From Nitrospinales bacterium (GTDB lineage Bacteria; Nitrospinota; Nitrospinia; Nitrospinales; VA-1): a stretch of DNA of 64,000 bases. Below the pieces are notes generated by a model that did no database searches, had not been told where the DNA came from, and was given only the letters and a program-made list of their open reading frames with translations. Where the stretch lies: the NCBI GenBank assembly GCA_965223795.1, contig CBDCXL010000002.1:2336001-2400000 (forward strand), in the 5' to 3' direction. Each line of letters begins with the position of its first letter. Position 1 is the first letter of the stretch. Positions 30,696-40,739 of the stretch are shown piece by piece. The position numbers and the translations under genes are program-made.

Positions 30696-31880
30696 ATGCA
30701 TCCGTTCGAAAGGGTCTCCTACATCTACAGCGCAGTCCGCACACCCATTGGTAAATTCAACGGGTCTCTCGCCTCCGTTCCCGCAGTGAACCTGGCTGCG
30801 ATCGCCATCCAAGAAGCGGTTCAACAAAGTCACGTTCCCATAACCCGTATCAGTGAGGTCATCATGGGCAACGTCCTTTCCGCCGGACTGGGTCAGAATC
30901 CCGCACGACAAGCTTCCATCAAAAGCGGCTTACCCGTTTCCGTGGGAGCGACCACCGTGAACAAGGTCTGCGGCTCCGGATTGAAGGCCGTCATGCTGGC
31001 GGACAATTCAGTGCGTTTGAACGAAGCCGATTTTGTGGTGGCAGGAGGCATGGAAAGCATGAGCCAGGCGCCCTTTTTAATCCAAAAAGTCCGCCAGGGT
31101 CTCAAGCTTGGAAACCACGAACTCATTGACAGCATGATGCACGATGGGCTGTGCGACAGTTTCAGCAAACTAAACATGGGGGAAATCGCCGATAAGCTGG
31201 CCCGGAAAGAATCCTACACACGGGAACAGCAGGACGACTTCGCCAGAAATAGTTTTCACCGCGCAAGAGAGACGCAGGATCGATGTCTTTTTTCAAAGGA
31301 AATCGTCGCCGTTCCGGTCCAGCACCGGGGTAAAGAAACACAGATCGTCAAGGACGAAGCGCCTTATTCCTACGACCTGGAAAAACTCTCCACCTTGCCG
31401 CCGGCTTTTGACAGGGAAAGAGGAACCGTGACCGCAGGCAACGCATCGAGCCTCAATGATGGGGCTGCGGCGCTGCTAGTGGGCGGCCACAGTGAGAACC
31501 TGCGGCCCCTGGCACGGATCTGCGGGCACGCGACGCATTCGCAGGCACCCGAGGAGTTTCCCGTCGCTCCTGCCGGCGCCATTAAAAAATTGATAAGTCG
31601 TTGGCAAGTTTCCCTGGAAGAGATCGATCTTTTCGAAATCAATGAAGCATTTGCGGTTTCCACGCTGGCCGTCTGCGACCGTCTCGGCCTGAATTTGAAT
31701 AAAGTGAATGTGCATGGAGGGTCTGTGGCTTTGGGGCATCCCATCGGCGCCTCGGGCGCTCGAATTCTTGTGACCCTCATTCACGCTTTGAAAGCAAGGA
31801 AATTGTCCAAAGGCATCGCCAGTCTCTGTCTGGGGGGTGGAGAAGCGGTCGCCCTCGGACTGGAAATGATCGACGATTGA
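30696..31880 (+). CDS. Acetyl-CoA C-acetyltransferase (canonical thiolase)
   Basis: NKVCGSG, NEAF, GHPIGASG, CLGGG. Confidence 0.95.
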   Translation: MHPFERVSYIYSAVRTPIGKFNGSLASVPAVNLAAIAIQEAVQQSHVPITRISEVIMGNVLSAGLGQNPARQASIKSGLPVSVGATTVNKVCGSGLKAVMLADNSVRLNEADFVVAGGMESMSQAPFLIQKVRQGLKLGNHELIDSMMHDGLCDSFSKLNMGEIADKLARKESYTREQQDDFARNSFHRARETQDRCLFSKEIVAVPVQHRGKETQIVKDEAPYSYDLEKLSTLPPAFDRERGTVTAGNASSLNDGAAALLVGGHSENLRPLARICGHATHSQAPEEFPVAPAGAIKKLISRWQVSLEEIDLFEINEAFAVSTLAVCDRLGLNLNKVNVHGGSVALGHPIGASGARILVTLIHALKARKLSKGIASLCLGGGEAVALGLEMIDD

Positions 31881-31940
31881 GCTCGTTGCAAGGATGATTC
31901 TATTTCCGGTTGGCAGTTTCTAATCCGAAAAGGAAACGTC

Positions 31941-34900
31941 ATGGGGAAATTACCTCAAAACAGATTACAGAATAAAAAGCGGGGTCCAGCCGCAACCACT
32001 CCCAATATGTTCCTGCAGAAAAACAGATTTTCACTGGAAGAGGAGCGCTATCTGGGCACGAAAGGAAAGATTCACCTGACGGGCATTCAGGCCCTGGTGC
32101 GGCTTCCTTTTGACAACCTGCGCCTTTTGCAAACGATTTTTCCGAAAAAGAAATTTGCCTATTTCATTTCCGGTTACGAAGGCAGTCCTCTGGGCGGACT
32201 GGATATCAATTTAAGAAAGATGTATTCCCTGTTGAAAGAATGGAACATCATTCATTTGCCCGGCGGCAATGAGGAAGCGGGCGCAAACATGGTATGGGGA
32301 AGCCAGCTTCACCGTCTGTTCGGTTCCGCAAAGGTGGACGGCGTCATCGGTGCCTGGTATGGAAAAGGTCCGGGGGTTCGGCGCATTTCCGACGTCGAAG
32401 ATCACATGCAGATGGCGGGATTGGATAAGTTCTGCGCCGCCTACTTCATGAGCGGCGACGACCACACCAGCAAAAGCAGCACCACGCCGCATCAGACCGA
32501 CTATGTGCATTTTGCCAACCAGGTGCCCACCGCTTACCCGGGCAATATCCAGGAGATCCTGGACATCGGGAAAAAAGCCACCCTTGCGTCCATGATTTCC
32601 GGGCTGGCCGTCAATCTGAAAGTGGAGACTTTCGTCTGCGACGGCTCACAGGAATTTATTCTGGATCCCCATGAGGATTTGGAACTGGCCGAGAAATTCA
32701 CTGCGTTTCTGGAGGAACATGCCGATTACAAAAGGCATTTCAGTCCGGTCCTGCTGAAACCCCGTGTTTTGGAGAACGAGGAAGAGCTTTTTTATTCCAA
32801 ATTGCCCATGCTGAAAGAAATCTCGAAGCAATTCAAATTCGATATCTGGAAAAACCGGAAATTGAAATCCGAATTTGGAATTGTGGCGACCGGAAAGAGC
32901 TATTACGACCTGATGGGCGCCCTGACGCAAATGGGCATTTTGGAAGAAGAAGTTGAAATATACAAACCGATGTTCGTCTGGCCGCCGGACACGGATTCCT
33001 TCCGGGAATTCATCCGGGGAAAAAAACAAATCATCGTGATCGAGGAAAAACGGTCCTTTTTCGAAAACCACATCAAGAATGAATTTTTCAATGACACGAA
33101 CCGACCTGCGGTCATCGGGAAATACGACGAGAACGGAAATGTTTTATTCCGGCAAAACTCCAATTTCGACGCTGATTACATCGTTCATGTTCTCGGTGGG
33201 ATTCTTGCCCGCAAAGACCAGTTCAAGGACCGGCATATCGAACGCATTGTCGATGAAAAAGAGAAATTAAATCACGTTTCCATCCCCGAAGAACTCACCG
33301 TTAAGCGGCCCCCGGCGTATTGTTCCGGTTGCCAGCACCGGACGGCGCTGGAAATTTCCGGCCACGACAATGAAAAGGGAACTTCAGAATCGATCCTGGT
33401 GGAAAACAAGGATCTCGACGGCAATCGCGTCCAGGTGGAGATCTCTCCCAAGCACCTGATGGGCATCGGCATTGGGTGTTCCACCATGGCCATCATCGAC
33501 AGTCTGGCGAGCAACCGCGCGATAGTGGTGGGGCCCATGGCCAGCGAAGGACTGCTCTGGATGGGCGCTTCGGTATTCAGTTTTCGAACCCATGCGGACC
33601 AGGGATGTGGAGATGGTACCTATTTTCATTCCGCCCGGCTCAATATCAGTTTCATCCGCGATGCCATTGAGCACTTAAAAGTGCACTACGATATCGACGA
33701 CACCCACCAGACGCTTCTTTATGTGGACAACAGTGTTGTAGCCATGACGGGAGGCCAACGTCCCATCGGTCAGGACGATCCGGAAACCGCTATATCCAGC
33801 ATCAAAAAGGAAGGTATTGAAAACATCGCGCTGGTCGCGGAATACCCCGAGGAGTTCAAACACCTCAAGAAAAAGTACGGCATCGAGACCTATCACAAAT
33901 CCGATACTTTGAGGGTGAAAGAAGAGTTTTCAAATAAATCCGGACTCAGCGTGATCTGGTATGTGCAGAAATGTGGCATCGAAAAAGTTCGGGAGCGAAA
34001 GAGGCACCAGGAACTGGCTCCCAGAATGCGGGTCCACGTCAATACAGAAGTGTGCGAGAACTGCGGCGATTGCGGTTTGAAAGCGAAATGCGCTTCCGTC
34101 TGGCAGACCGATACCGAATTCGGTCCGAAAGTGAGGATCCATGAATACAGCTGCATCCAGGATTTTGGTTGCGCCAAAGGCGAGTGCCCCTCTTATGTCA
34201 ATATTTACACCCGAAGTGGCAACCCCTATAAAAAAGTGGATTTGGACAAACTGTCTCTGCGGGACGAAGACCTGCCCGATCCCAATCGAGAGATTCATCC
34301 CGACAAAATTTTCAAAATCTACTCGGTGGGAATCGGCGGATGGGGACTCATGACCGCTTATGAAATTCTAGCCAGAGCCGCTTCTATCGAAGGCATGCAT
34401 GTCGTCAAAGAAGATGACACCGGGTTGTCCCAAAAGGGAGGAGAGGTGCGCAACAGCCTGAAGATTTCCTACAAGAACAAAAAACTGATCGAAGGATTTA
34501 AAATTGAGGCTGGAGGTGCCGACTTATACATGTGCTCGGATTTGATCGGAGCGGTGAATCCGGAGAATCTGAAGGAAACCTCCAGAAAAAAAACCAAGGC
34601 CATTATCAATACGGAAAAAATACCCACCATGCCCATGATCGTCGGCAAGGATACATTCCCCGATCCTGAAGCCCTGAAAAAAATCGTCACCGATCACACT
34701 CGAAAGGGAAAAAATATATTTGTCAATGCGACCGAAATCGTGGAAGGCCTGTTTAAAGATTTCAAACCAACCAATCTATTTTTGTTGGGTGTTGCTTTCC
34801 AGGGCATCAAAGACTTTCCTGTAAAATACGCTAAAAACATTGAAAACGCCATTTTTCTCAACGGGGTGGATGTTGAGAAGAACATTCAGGCGTTCCGCTA

Positions 34901-35804
34901 TGGAAGGCTGTATGAATTCGCTCCCGAGAAAGTGCTTTCTCTGATTCGTTCACCCGAGCCCACCGTCGAAGATAAAATACAAGGGTATGAACAAAAGCTG
35001 CGTGGAAAGGACAAATCGCGTTTCAGCGACTTGGTGAGGCGCATCGATTTTAATGAAGATTACCGAGGGAAATTTGCACGTGAAATTTACGAGTTGATTC
35101 GTTTCCAAAATGCAAAATACGCCGAGGAATTCGTCAACTTCGTTCAAAGGGTGTTCCTGATCGACACCGATCAGTTCCCCGCAAACCGGCTTGTCCTGAC
35201 AAAGACCGTGGCGGATCATTTGTATGATGTCATGGCTTACAAAGACGAGTACCGGGTGGCCGATCTGTTGACCCGCCCTGAAGAAATTCAAAAAATACTG
35301 GATTCGTATGAAGACGGGGAGGTGGTCAAAATTCGATTCCTTTTGCGGCCTCCCATTCTCGAACATTTTCCCTGGATCAAAGACCTTAAATTTGTCAGAG
35401 ATAAATTTGAAAAAGATGATAAATGGGAAGTGCCCGGATGGATGCTGACTATCCTCAGGCACTTTAAGTTTCTGCGTGGAACGGCATTCGATGTTTTGGC
35501 CTGGGGAAATGCAACCAGAATCGAAGAAAAAAAGGCGATCTCAATATACAGGCAAAGAATGGAAGGAATTCTCGCTCTATTGAATGACTCTAATTACGAG
35601 GCTGCCTGTGCTGCTGCCACTTATCCGAGCCTCGCCACGGGTTATGAAACGGTGAAGAAGAAGCACAGTCAGGTCGCTGAAGCGTTTTGGAGCAAAAAAT
35701 GGACTGAGCTTGAAAACAGCGTTCAACTTCCTGGCGGGAATGATAAGAACTCCAATCGACACCGCCGATCGGAATCCTCGCTCTCCAGCGCGAATCCAGA
35801 ATGA
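31941..35804 (+). CDS. Fused indolepyruvate:ferredoxin oxidoreductase-family (IorAB) 2-oxoacid oxidoreductase
   Basis: ISGYEGSPLGG, WYGKGPG, GDDH..KSST, CSGC.H, TPP motif GDGTYFHS...N..VAMTGGQ, ferredoxin CENCGDC..C/C..C..CPS, gamma-like GIGG..GLSQKGG, AYKDEYRVA. Confidence 0.92.
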   Translation: MGKLPQNRLQNKKRGPAATTPNMFLQKNRFSLEEERYLGTKGKIHLTGIQALVRLPFDNLRLLQTIFPKKKFAYFISGYEGSPLGGLDINLRKMYSLLKEWNIIHLPGGNEEAGANMVWGSQLHRLFGSAKVDGVIGAWYGKGPGVRRISDVEDHMQMAGLDKFCAAYFMSGDDHTSKSSTTPHQTDYVHFANQVPTAYPGNIQEILDIGKKATLASMISGLAVNLKVETFVCDGSQEFILDPHEDLELAEKFTAFLEEHADYKRHFSPVLLKPRVLENEEELFYSKLPMLKEISKQFKFDIWKNRKLKSEFGIVATGKSYYDLMGALTQMGILEEEVEIYKPMFVWPPDTDSFREFIRGKKQIIVIEEKRSFFENHIKNEFFNDTNRPAVIGKYDENGNVLFRQNSNFDADYIVHVLGGILARKDQFKDRHIERIVDEKEKLNHVSIPEELTVKRPPAYCSGCQHRTALEISGHDNEKGTSESILVENKDLDGNRVQVEISPKHLMGIGIGCSTMAIIDSLASNRAIVVGPMASEGLLWMGASVFSFRTHADQGCGDGTYFHSARLNISFIRDAIEHLKVHYDIDDTHQTLLYVDNSVVAMTGGQRPIGQDDPETAISSIKKEGIENIALVAEYPEEFKHLKKKYGIETYHKSDTLRVKEEFSNKSGLSVIWYVQKCGIEKVRERKRHQELAPRMRVHVNTEVCENCGDCGLKAKCASVWQTDTEFGPKVRIHEYSCIQDFGCAKGECPSYVNIYTRSGNPYKKVDLDKLSLRDEDLPDPNREIHPDKIFKIYSVGIGGWGLMTAYEILARAASIEGMHVVKEDDTGLSQKGGEVRNSLKISYKNKKLIEGFKIEAGGADLYMCSDLIGAVNPENLKETSRKKTKAIINTEKIPTMPMIVGKDTFPDPEALKKIVTDHTRKGKNIFVNATEIVEGLFKDFKPTNLFLLGVAFQGIKDFPVKYAKNIENAIFLNGVDVEKNIQAFRYGRLYEFAPEKVLSLIRSPEPTVEDKIQGYEQKLRGKDKSRFSDLVRRIDFNEDYRGKFAREIYELIRFQNAKYAEEFVNFVQRVFLIDTDQFPANRLVLTKTVADHLYDVMAYKDEYRVADLLTRPEEIQKILDSYEDGEVVKIRFLLRPPILEHFPWIKDLKFVRDKFEKDDKWEVPGWMLTILRHFKFLRGTAFDVLAWGNATRIEEKKAISIYRQRMEGILALLNDSNYEAACAAATYPSLATGYETVKKKHSQVAEAFWSKKWTELENSVQLPGGNDKNSNRHRRSESSLSSANPE

Positions 35805-35810
35805 TTCGCT

Positions 35811-36695
35811 TCATGACAATTCAATCACGTTCTCATACACTCCCAATCTGACCTGCAACCCGTTCTCCACACTACGAGATGAAGGCACCGTGAATCTCCC
35901 CGTCCGGGTAAAAGAAAGCATAGCGCCGAAATTCACATAGCCGTCATCGGGGTAAACAACGCTGCAATTTTTGATCAGTTCGCCCACACTGTTTTTCGGT
36001 CCCTTGAGAACGGGTGCCTGCTTCCTTTTAAAGACTTGCTCGACACCGATGGTATAAGGGATCTTCCCTTTTTTCGTCTTCTGGTAGGTGTTGCACAAGA
36101 AACCTCGATCGAACACCTGAGATTGCACCAGACGATCGATGACCTCAGCCGCTGCACCCTCTGCGCCGTTGCCGAAATTCGCCGGACAAAGTAGAGCATC
36201 GGCCTTCAACCGTTCCAAAGACAACAGCTGCAGCACGTATAGATCGGAGCAAAGCACAAAAAATACACTGTATTCCCGGCCATTCTGAGAAACGGTGACC
36301 CTGTTGAGATAGTCGTAGGGAGTTACGTTCATTTTCGGAAAACTTTCATCCAGATGATTTATCTCAAACGATTGAGGCGTGATTTTTGCCTGCGGGCAAT
36401 GGACGCGTCCGTTGGCAGAAAAAACAAACAGGGCGTTGTGATTGACTTTGGAATCTGCTTTGGGAAGGTCATCAGCAGGCAGATTCAACGTGGTGATGAG
36501 AGTGATCTTCTTTTGCGAAGCCAATTGGGAGAGCTTCGCATAAGCTCGCTTGGAACCTTCGAGGGTGTAAGCGCCGTATTCGGGAAAAAGGACGGTGGCT
36601 CCTTTTTCCTTGAAACCTGATATTTTTAGAATCTCTGCAAGCTGTTCTTCCTCCCGGGCCATTCCAAACGGATGCAGGTCGATCTTCAAGGCCAT
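35811..36695 (-). CDS. Divergent carbon-nitrogen hydrolase (nitrilase-fold) protein
   Basis: VLFPEY, HNALFVF, QAKITP and VLCSDL give a candidate Glu-Lys-Cys triad in the expected order. Confidence 0.6.
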   Translation of the reverse strand: MALKIDLHPFGMAREEEQLAEILKISGFKEKGATVLFPEYGAYTLEGSKRAYAKLSQLASQKKITLITTLNLPADDLPKADSKVNHNALFVFSANGRVHCPQAKITPQSFEINHLDESFPKMNVTPYDYLNRVTVSQNGREYSVFFVLCSDLYVLQLLSLERLKADALLCPANFGNGAEGAAAEVIDRLVQSQVFDRGFLCNTYQKTKKGKIPYTIGVEQVFKRKQAPVLKGPKNSVGELIKNCSVVYPDDGYVNFGAMLSFTRTGRFTVPSSRSVENGLQVRLGVYENVIELS

Positions 36696-36738
36696 GAGGA
36701 CCTCTTTTCAGCCACGAGATTTTCTTAAAACCACCCTG

Positions 36739-37785
36739 TCACTTTCCAACAAATACAGGTATCTTTTCCAGAGGATCGGAAGTGAGCACCGAATTCACCC
36801 CAACCCTTCTATCCTGCGTATTCATCAATTCAAAGCACAATTCCAACTCGCATCGGGACATCTCTTCCAAACCATCAAAATGCTTTCGGTTCACCTCAGG
36901 GTGGCGGTCCAGCAATTGAAACACAGAATCCGCGGCCTTCGGTGCGATGGGCCGCCCGAGTTCTTTTAGTTTGCCCTGAACAAACTGGTTGATCAATGGG
37001 TCTTTCTTTTCAGTGCTCAACTTATGGTTTTTGAGCTTTTCAGCAGCCTCATCGATCAACGCGCGGTATCGTGTGGCATCGGTTCTGATGGCCACGATCG
37101 TTTCGATTTCCTCCCTGATCCTCAATGATTCGATGCTTCTTCCGGTCTCCGGCTGGGAGCACGTGGCCAGATCCAATGCCATTTTAAAGATCGAGTTCTG
37201 CGGACCGATTGTGTTCACCAGTCCCGTTTTGAGCATCGCATCTGCATCGATTCTGTCGCCCGTCGCGGCCAAATAGAGCGCATTCTCCCAATTGGAACGC
37301 AGCAGGACGTTCAAAATGCCATTCCACCCCGGTATCAACCCGATATTGATTTCAGAAAACCGAATCGCGGCTTCAGGTGTGCATACGCTGAATTCAGCCA
37401 TCAAGGGCCATTCCACGGATCCGCCATAACGCTCGCCCTGAATCACCGAGACCGTTCTTATATCCGGGGCGAATTGTTTGATTTTCAGATCCAGATCGGC
37501 GCCTGCCGCCAAATATCCGTGCACCGTTTCGGGATCGATGCTGCCTTTAAAAAGATTGAGATCGGCGCCTGCATGGATCTTTGCAAAGGCTCCATAGAAA
37601 ACGATAAAAGACCGGGTGTTTTCCTCTGCAATCACATCCAGGGCTTTGTCAATTTCTTTGAGGGCCTGCAAGGGAACCGAATTCACCGGATTGTCCGGAT
37701 TGTTGATTTCAACCAATCCGCCCGTCCTGCCGTTGTGCTTTTTTTCGGTCAGTGTGACGTATTTCCCGGTAAAGAGCGTTCCCAT
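36739..37785 (-). CDS. Enoyl-CoA hydratase/isomerase (crotonase) family
   Basis: NPVNS, AGADL, YGGSVE, FSEINIGLIPGWNG, TG.RIDA..M...GLV. Confidence 0.88.
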   Translation of the reverse strand: MGTLFTGKYVTLTEKKHNGRTGGLVEINNPDNPVNSVPLQALKEIDKALDVIAEENTRSFIVFYGAFAKIHAGADLNLFKGSIDPETVHGYLAAGADLDLKIKQFAPDIRTVSVIQGERYGGSVEWPLMAEFSVCTPEAAIRFSEINIGLIPGWNGILNVLLRSNWENALYLAATGDRIDADAMLKTGLVNTIGPQNSIFKMALDLATCSQPETGRSIESLRIREEIETIVAIRTDATRYRALIDEAAEKLKNHKLSTEKKDPLINQFVQGKLKELGRPIAPKAADSVFQLLDRHPEVNRKHFDGLEEMSRCELELCFELMNTQDRRVGVNSVLTSDPLEKIPVFVGK

Positions 37786-37786
37786 G

Positions 37787-39223
37787 CTACGGACCCTTAT
37801 TCTTTTCGTATTTTTTCTGTTCCATTTGAGAGATCACTCCCTCTAAAACTTCCGGAACGGCTTCGCCGAAATAATAAAGGAAACTGTCCAGGTAGTGTTT
37901 GAGGCTGTGGGTTTCCTTGACAATAGAACTGGCTCCTCCGATTTTCACAAAATGATCGCAGGCCTTTTGCGCGACCAGCGAGGCTTTGAGCTTGGCCCCG
38001 TTCGCCGCGATCACATATTCTCTTAAGCATTCCGGATTGGAAGGATCGGAATCATAGCACCCTTTGAGCCAGGCGGCGCGGTAGGTCATGTCGCGGGCCG
38101 CATTGATTTCCATGGACATTTCCGCAACTTTTGCCTGCGTGCGGTCGTATTCGATCAGGTGTTTTCCAGCTGCTTTTTTTCCCCCGACGGCGATCGACAT
38201 GTATTCGTCAAATGCCCTCTGAGCCAGGCCGGTGGCCAGGGCTGCAATCGTGATTCTGCCTGAATTCAGCATCCGGATGCCATAACGATTTCCCGCACCG
38301 ATTTCACCGACGACATTTTCAAGAGGCACCTTCACTTCGTTGAAAAGGATCTCTCCCAATGAGGAGTTTTCGACGATTCTCTTTTCAAAAATCTGTCCCA
38401 TTCGGACTCCTTTAATCCCCCTTTCTACCAAAAATAACGACACCCCCTGTTCCGGATGGTCTGAAGTCCGGGCGAAGACCACGAACACGTCCGCCGTTTC
38501 TGCATTGGTGATCCACATTTTCGTGCCATTGAGGATGTAATGCGTTTTATCGGGAGAAAGGACCGCTTGGGTACTCATTTCCTTCATGATATTGGACCCG
38601 GAAGCGGATCCTTCCGTCAGACAGAACGCCGCCAGCTTCTCGCCGGCGATCAATGCTTTCAAAATCCCTTCGCCATATTCCGATAAACTCCCTGCTTCCC
38701 GGTTGAAGCGCAAGCCTTCGGCGCAGGTGTTGGAGATGGCGTAACGAATGGCCACACTGGGGGACGCTTTTCCAAGAATTTCCAAAAGAGCGACGAACAA
38801 GGTGAAAGGAAATCCCATGCCGCCCAGTTCTTCTGAAAAAGAAATTCCCGGAAGTCCTCCGCCTGCGATCCCGCCATACACGGCATCGGGTATCTTTTCT
38901 TGCTGTTTGAGTTCCTCGGCAACTCGATCCAGAACATCGCAAACCAGGGCAGAAATGATTTCGGCTGAAAAAGGATCTTTGTTTTTTGTCAGAGATGCTT
39001 CAATTTTGTTTTTTAAATCAAACCGGTCGCTTTGGAACCGACCGCGAATCTCTTTGTAAGGATTTTTCGCTCTTTGGATCTCGGTTTGCTGCTCGGCGGG
39101 AAGAACGTTTTTTTCGACCCACCTTGCAAATTCATCCAGCATGGTTTGAAACGTTTCGTGGTCTGTGTGGTTTCCATAAACCATCCGGATCCAGTCTTTT
39201 TGAGCTTGAGTCACATAACTCAT
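37787..39223 (-). CDS. Acyl-CoA dehydrogenase
   Basis: EELGGMG, AFCLTEG..SGS, LNGTKMWITNA, LNSGRI.IAA.A.G.AQ.AFD. The C-terminus is divergent. Confidence 0.88.
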   Translation of the reverse strand: MSYVTQAQKDWIRMVYGNHTDHETFQTMLDEFARWVEKNVLPAEQQTEIQRAKNPYKEIRGRFQSDRFDLKNKIEASLTKNKDPFSAEIISALVCDVLDRVAEELKQQEKIPDAVYGGIAGGGLPGISFSEELGGMGFPFTLFVALLEILGKASPSVAIRYAISNTCAEGLRFNREAGSLSEYGEGILKALIAGEKLAAFCLTEGSASGSNIMKEMSTQAVLSPDKTHYILNGTKMWITNAETADVFVVFARTSDHPEQGVSLFLVERGIKGVRMGQIFEKRIVENSSLGEILFNEVKVPLENVVGEIGAGNRYGIRMLNSGRITIAALATGLAQRAFDEYMSIAVGGKKAAGKHLIEYDRTQAKVAEMSMEINAARDMTYRAAWLKGCYDSDPSNPECLREYVIAANGAKLKASLVAQKACDHFVKIGGASSIVKETHSLKHYLDSFLYYFGEAVPEVLEGVISQMEQKKYEKNKGP

Positions 39224-39227
39224 TTCG

Positions 39228-40130
39228 CTACTCCTGGTTCAGAAACCGCGCAACGGCCGGGTTCACTCCCTGGGGTTTGTTGGCTTCCCATCGATAAAAC
39301 CCGGCTCCGTTTTTGTTGCCGTAAAATCCTCCATCGATCAAGCGGATCAATAAAGAAGCGGGCTTCAATCGTTCACCGAATTCCTGCTCGAGAACTGTGA
39401 GAATGAAGTGCGTGGTGTCAAGGCCAATCAGATCGGTCAAAGCCAGCGGTCCTATTGGATGGTTCAAGCAGAATTTCGCCCCATTATCGACATCTTCTAT
39501 GGTCGATGTGCCTTCTTCCACAACTTTTATGGCTTCATTGATCATCGGCATGAGTATCCGGTTGATGACGAAACCCGCTTTGTCTGAGGAATACACCGGC
39601 TTTTTGGCCAGCTGTTCGGCAAACCGCAATGTTTTTTCGAAGGTGTCGTTCGAGGTCTTGGCGCCGCGGATGATTTCCACACCGGGAATCAACGGGACCG
39701 GATTCATGAAATGCATTCCGATGCATGTTTCCGGGTGATGTGTGCAGGAAGCGAGATCCGTAATGGGAATGGACGAGGTATTGGATGCAAAGATCGTTTC
39801 CCTGCTGCAGAGGTCATTCAGGTTTTTAAAAAGCTTTCTTTTTTCATTGCGGTCTTCAATGATGGCTTCGATGATGAACGCTGACTCCGCCACCGCCTCC
39901 AGGCGATCCGCAAAAGCAATATTTTCGCAAATCGCGAGCGCTTTTTTTTCGTCGAGCTCTCCTTTTTCCAAAAGCTTTTGGATCGCGTGCCTTATTTTCA
40001 GCACGCTCGCCGCCGCCATCCCCTTCTCGCTGTCATACAGCAAAACCGGGTACCCCGCCTGGGCCACCACCTGAGCGATTCCCCGCCCCATGGTTCCTGC
40101 CCCGATCACGGAAATCGTTTGTTTCCCCAT
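39228..40130 (-). CDS. 3-hydroxyacyl-CoA (3-hydroxybutyryl-CoA) dehydrogenase
   Basis: GAGTMGRGIA, EAIIE, ASNTSS, GMHFMNP, GFVINR, HPIGPL.L.D.IGLD. Confidence 0.93.
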   Translation of the reverse strand: MGKQTISVIGAGTMGRGIAQVVAQAGYPVLLYDSEKGMAAASVLKIRHAIQKLLEKGELDEKKALAICENIAFADRLEAVAESAFIIEAIIEDRNEKRKLFKNLNDLCSRETIFASNTSSIPITDLASCTHHPETCIGMHFMNPVPLIPGVEIIRGAKTSNDTFEKTLRFAEQLAKKPVYSSDKAGFVINRILMPMINEAIKVVEEGTSTIEDVDNGAKFCLNHPIGPLALTDLIGLDTTHFILTVLEQEFGERLKPASLLIRLIDGGFYGNKNGAGFYRWEANKPQGVNPAVARFLNQE

Positions 40131-40144
40131 CTTGGCACCGGCGA

Positions 40145-40738
40145 TTAAATTTTATAATTGCTGCTGGGGCCATACCCTTCCGGCAATCGGCGTGATCCTT
40201 TTCTCACCCACATCACATCACTGGCGGTCGCTCTCGGCTCCTTGCGAAACACCGGCCTCAGTTCGTCCCCTTTTATCAGGGAATCGTAATCCTCGATGGA
40301 GACCATTCCGGCGGCAAGCGTGTCGAGTTCGATCTTTTCCGGCAGCACCGCCCGGACCCAGGCCACGGTCACCGGCAGATCGTTCATAAAACTGATCCCC
40401 GCCAATTCAACAGCAGTGGATTTGGTTTCGACAAAAAAACCGGTTGCGTCGGGCAGCGTTTTCCATTGGGTTTTTTCATAGCATTCGGCGCAATCCGCGC
40501 GGGGCACCTGATAACGAATGGTCCTGAGAATGTCGTGACCTTTTTCATTGCCGCAGTGGGAATAATAGAGCACGGCTTCTTCTTTTCGCATGATGCCCTG
40601 AAAATAGCGCGACATGCCGCCGTAACTTTTCTTGTAGCAAATCCGCACATTGCGTTCGGCAATGATGATTTGTTCCGGATGTCTCGATGGCTTGTAGCTT
40701 TTGTCCTGCGGCTGTAAAAACCTGTCTTCGACCGTCAT
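40145..40738 (-). CDS. DUF35-like Zn-ribbon/OB-fold acyl-CoA-binding partner of the thiolase
   Basis: YSHC...PRADCAEC Zn ribbon, then an OB-fold-like segment (FMNDLPVTVAWV...PVF). Directly downstream of the HDAF thiolase. Confidence 0.75.
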   Translation of the reverse strand: MTVEDRFLQPQDKSYKPSRHPEQIIIAERNVRICYKKSYGGMSRYFQGIMRKEEAVLYYSHCGNEKGHDILRTIRYQVPRADCAECYEKTQWKTLPDATGFFVETKSTAVELAGISFMNDLPVTVAWVRAVLPEKIELDTLAAGMVSIEDYDSLIKGDELRPVFRKEPRATASDVMWVRKGSRRLPEGYGPSSNYKI

Positions 40739-40739
40739 G

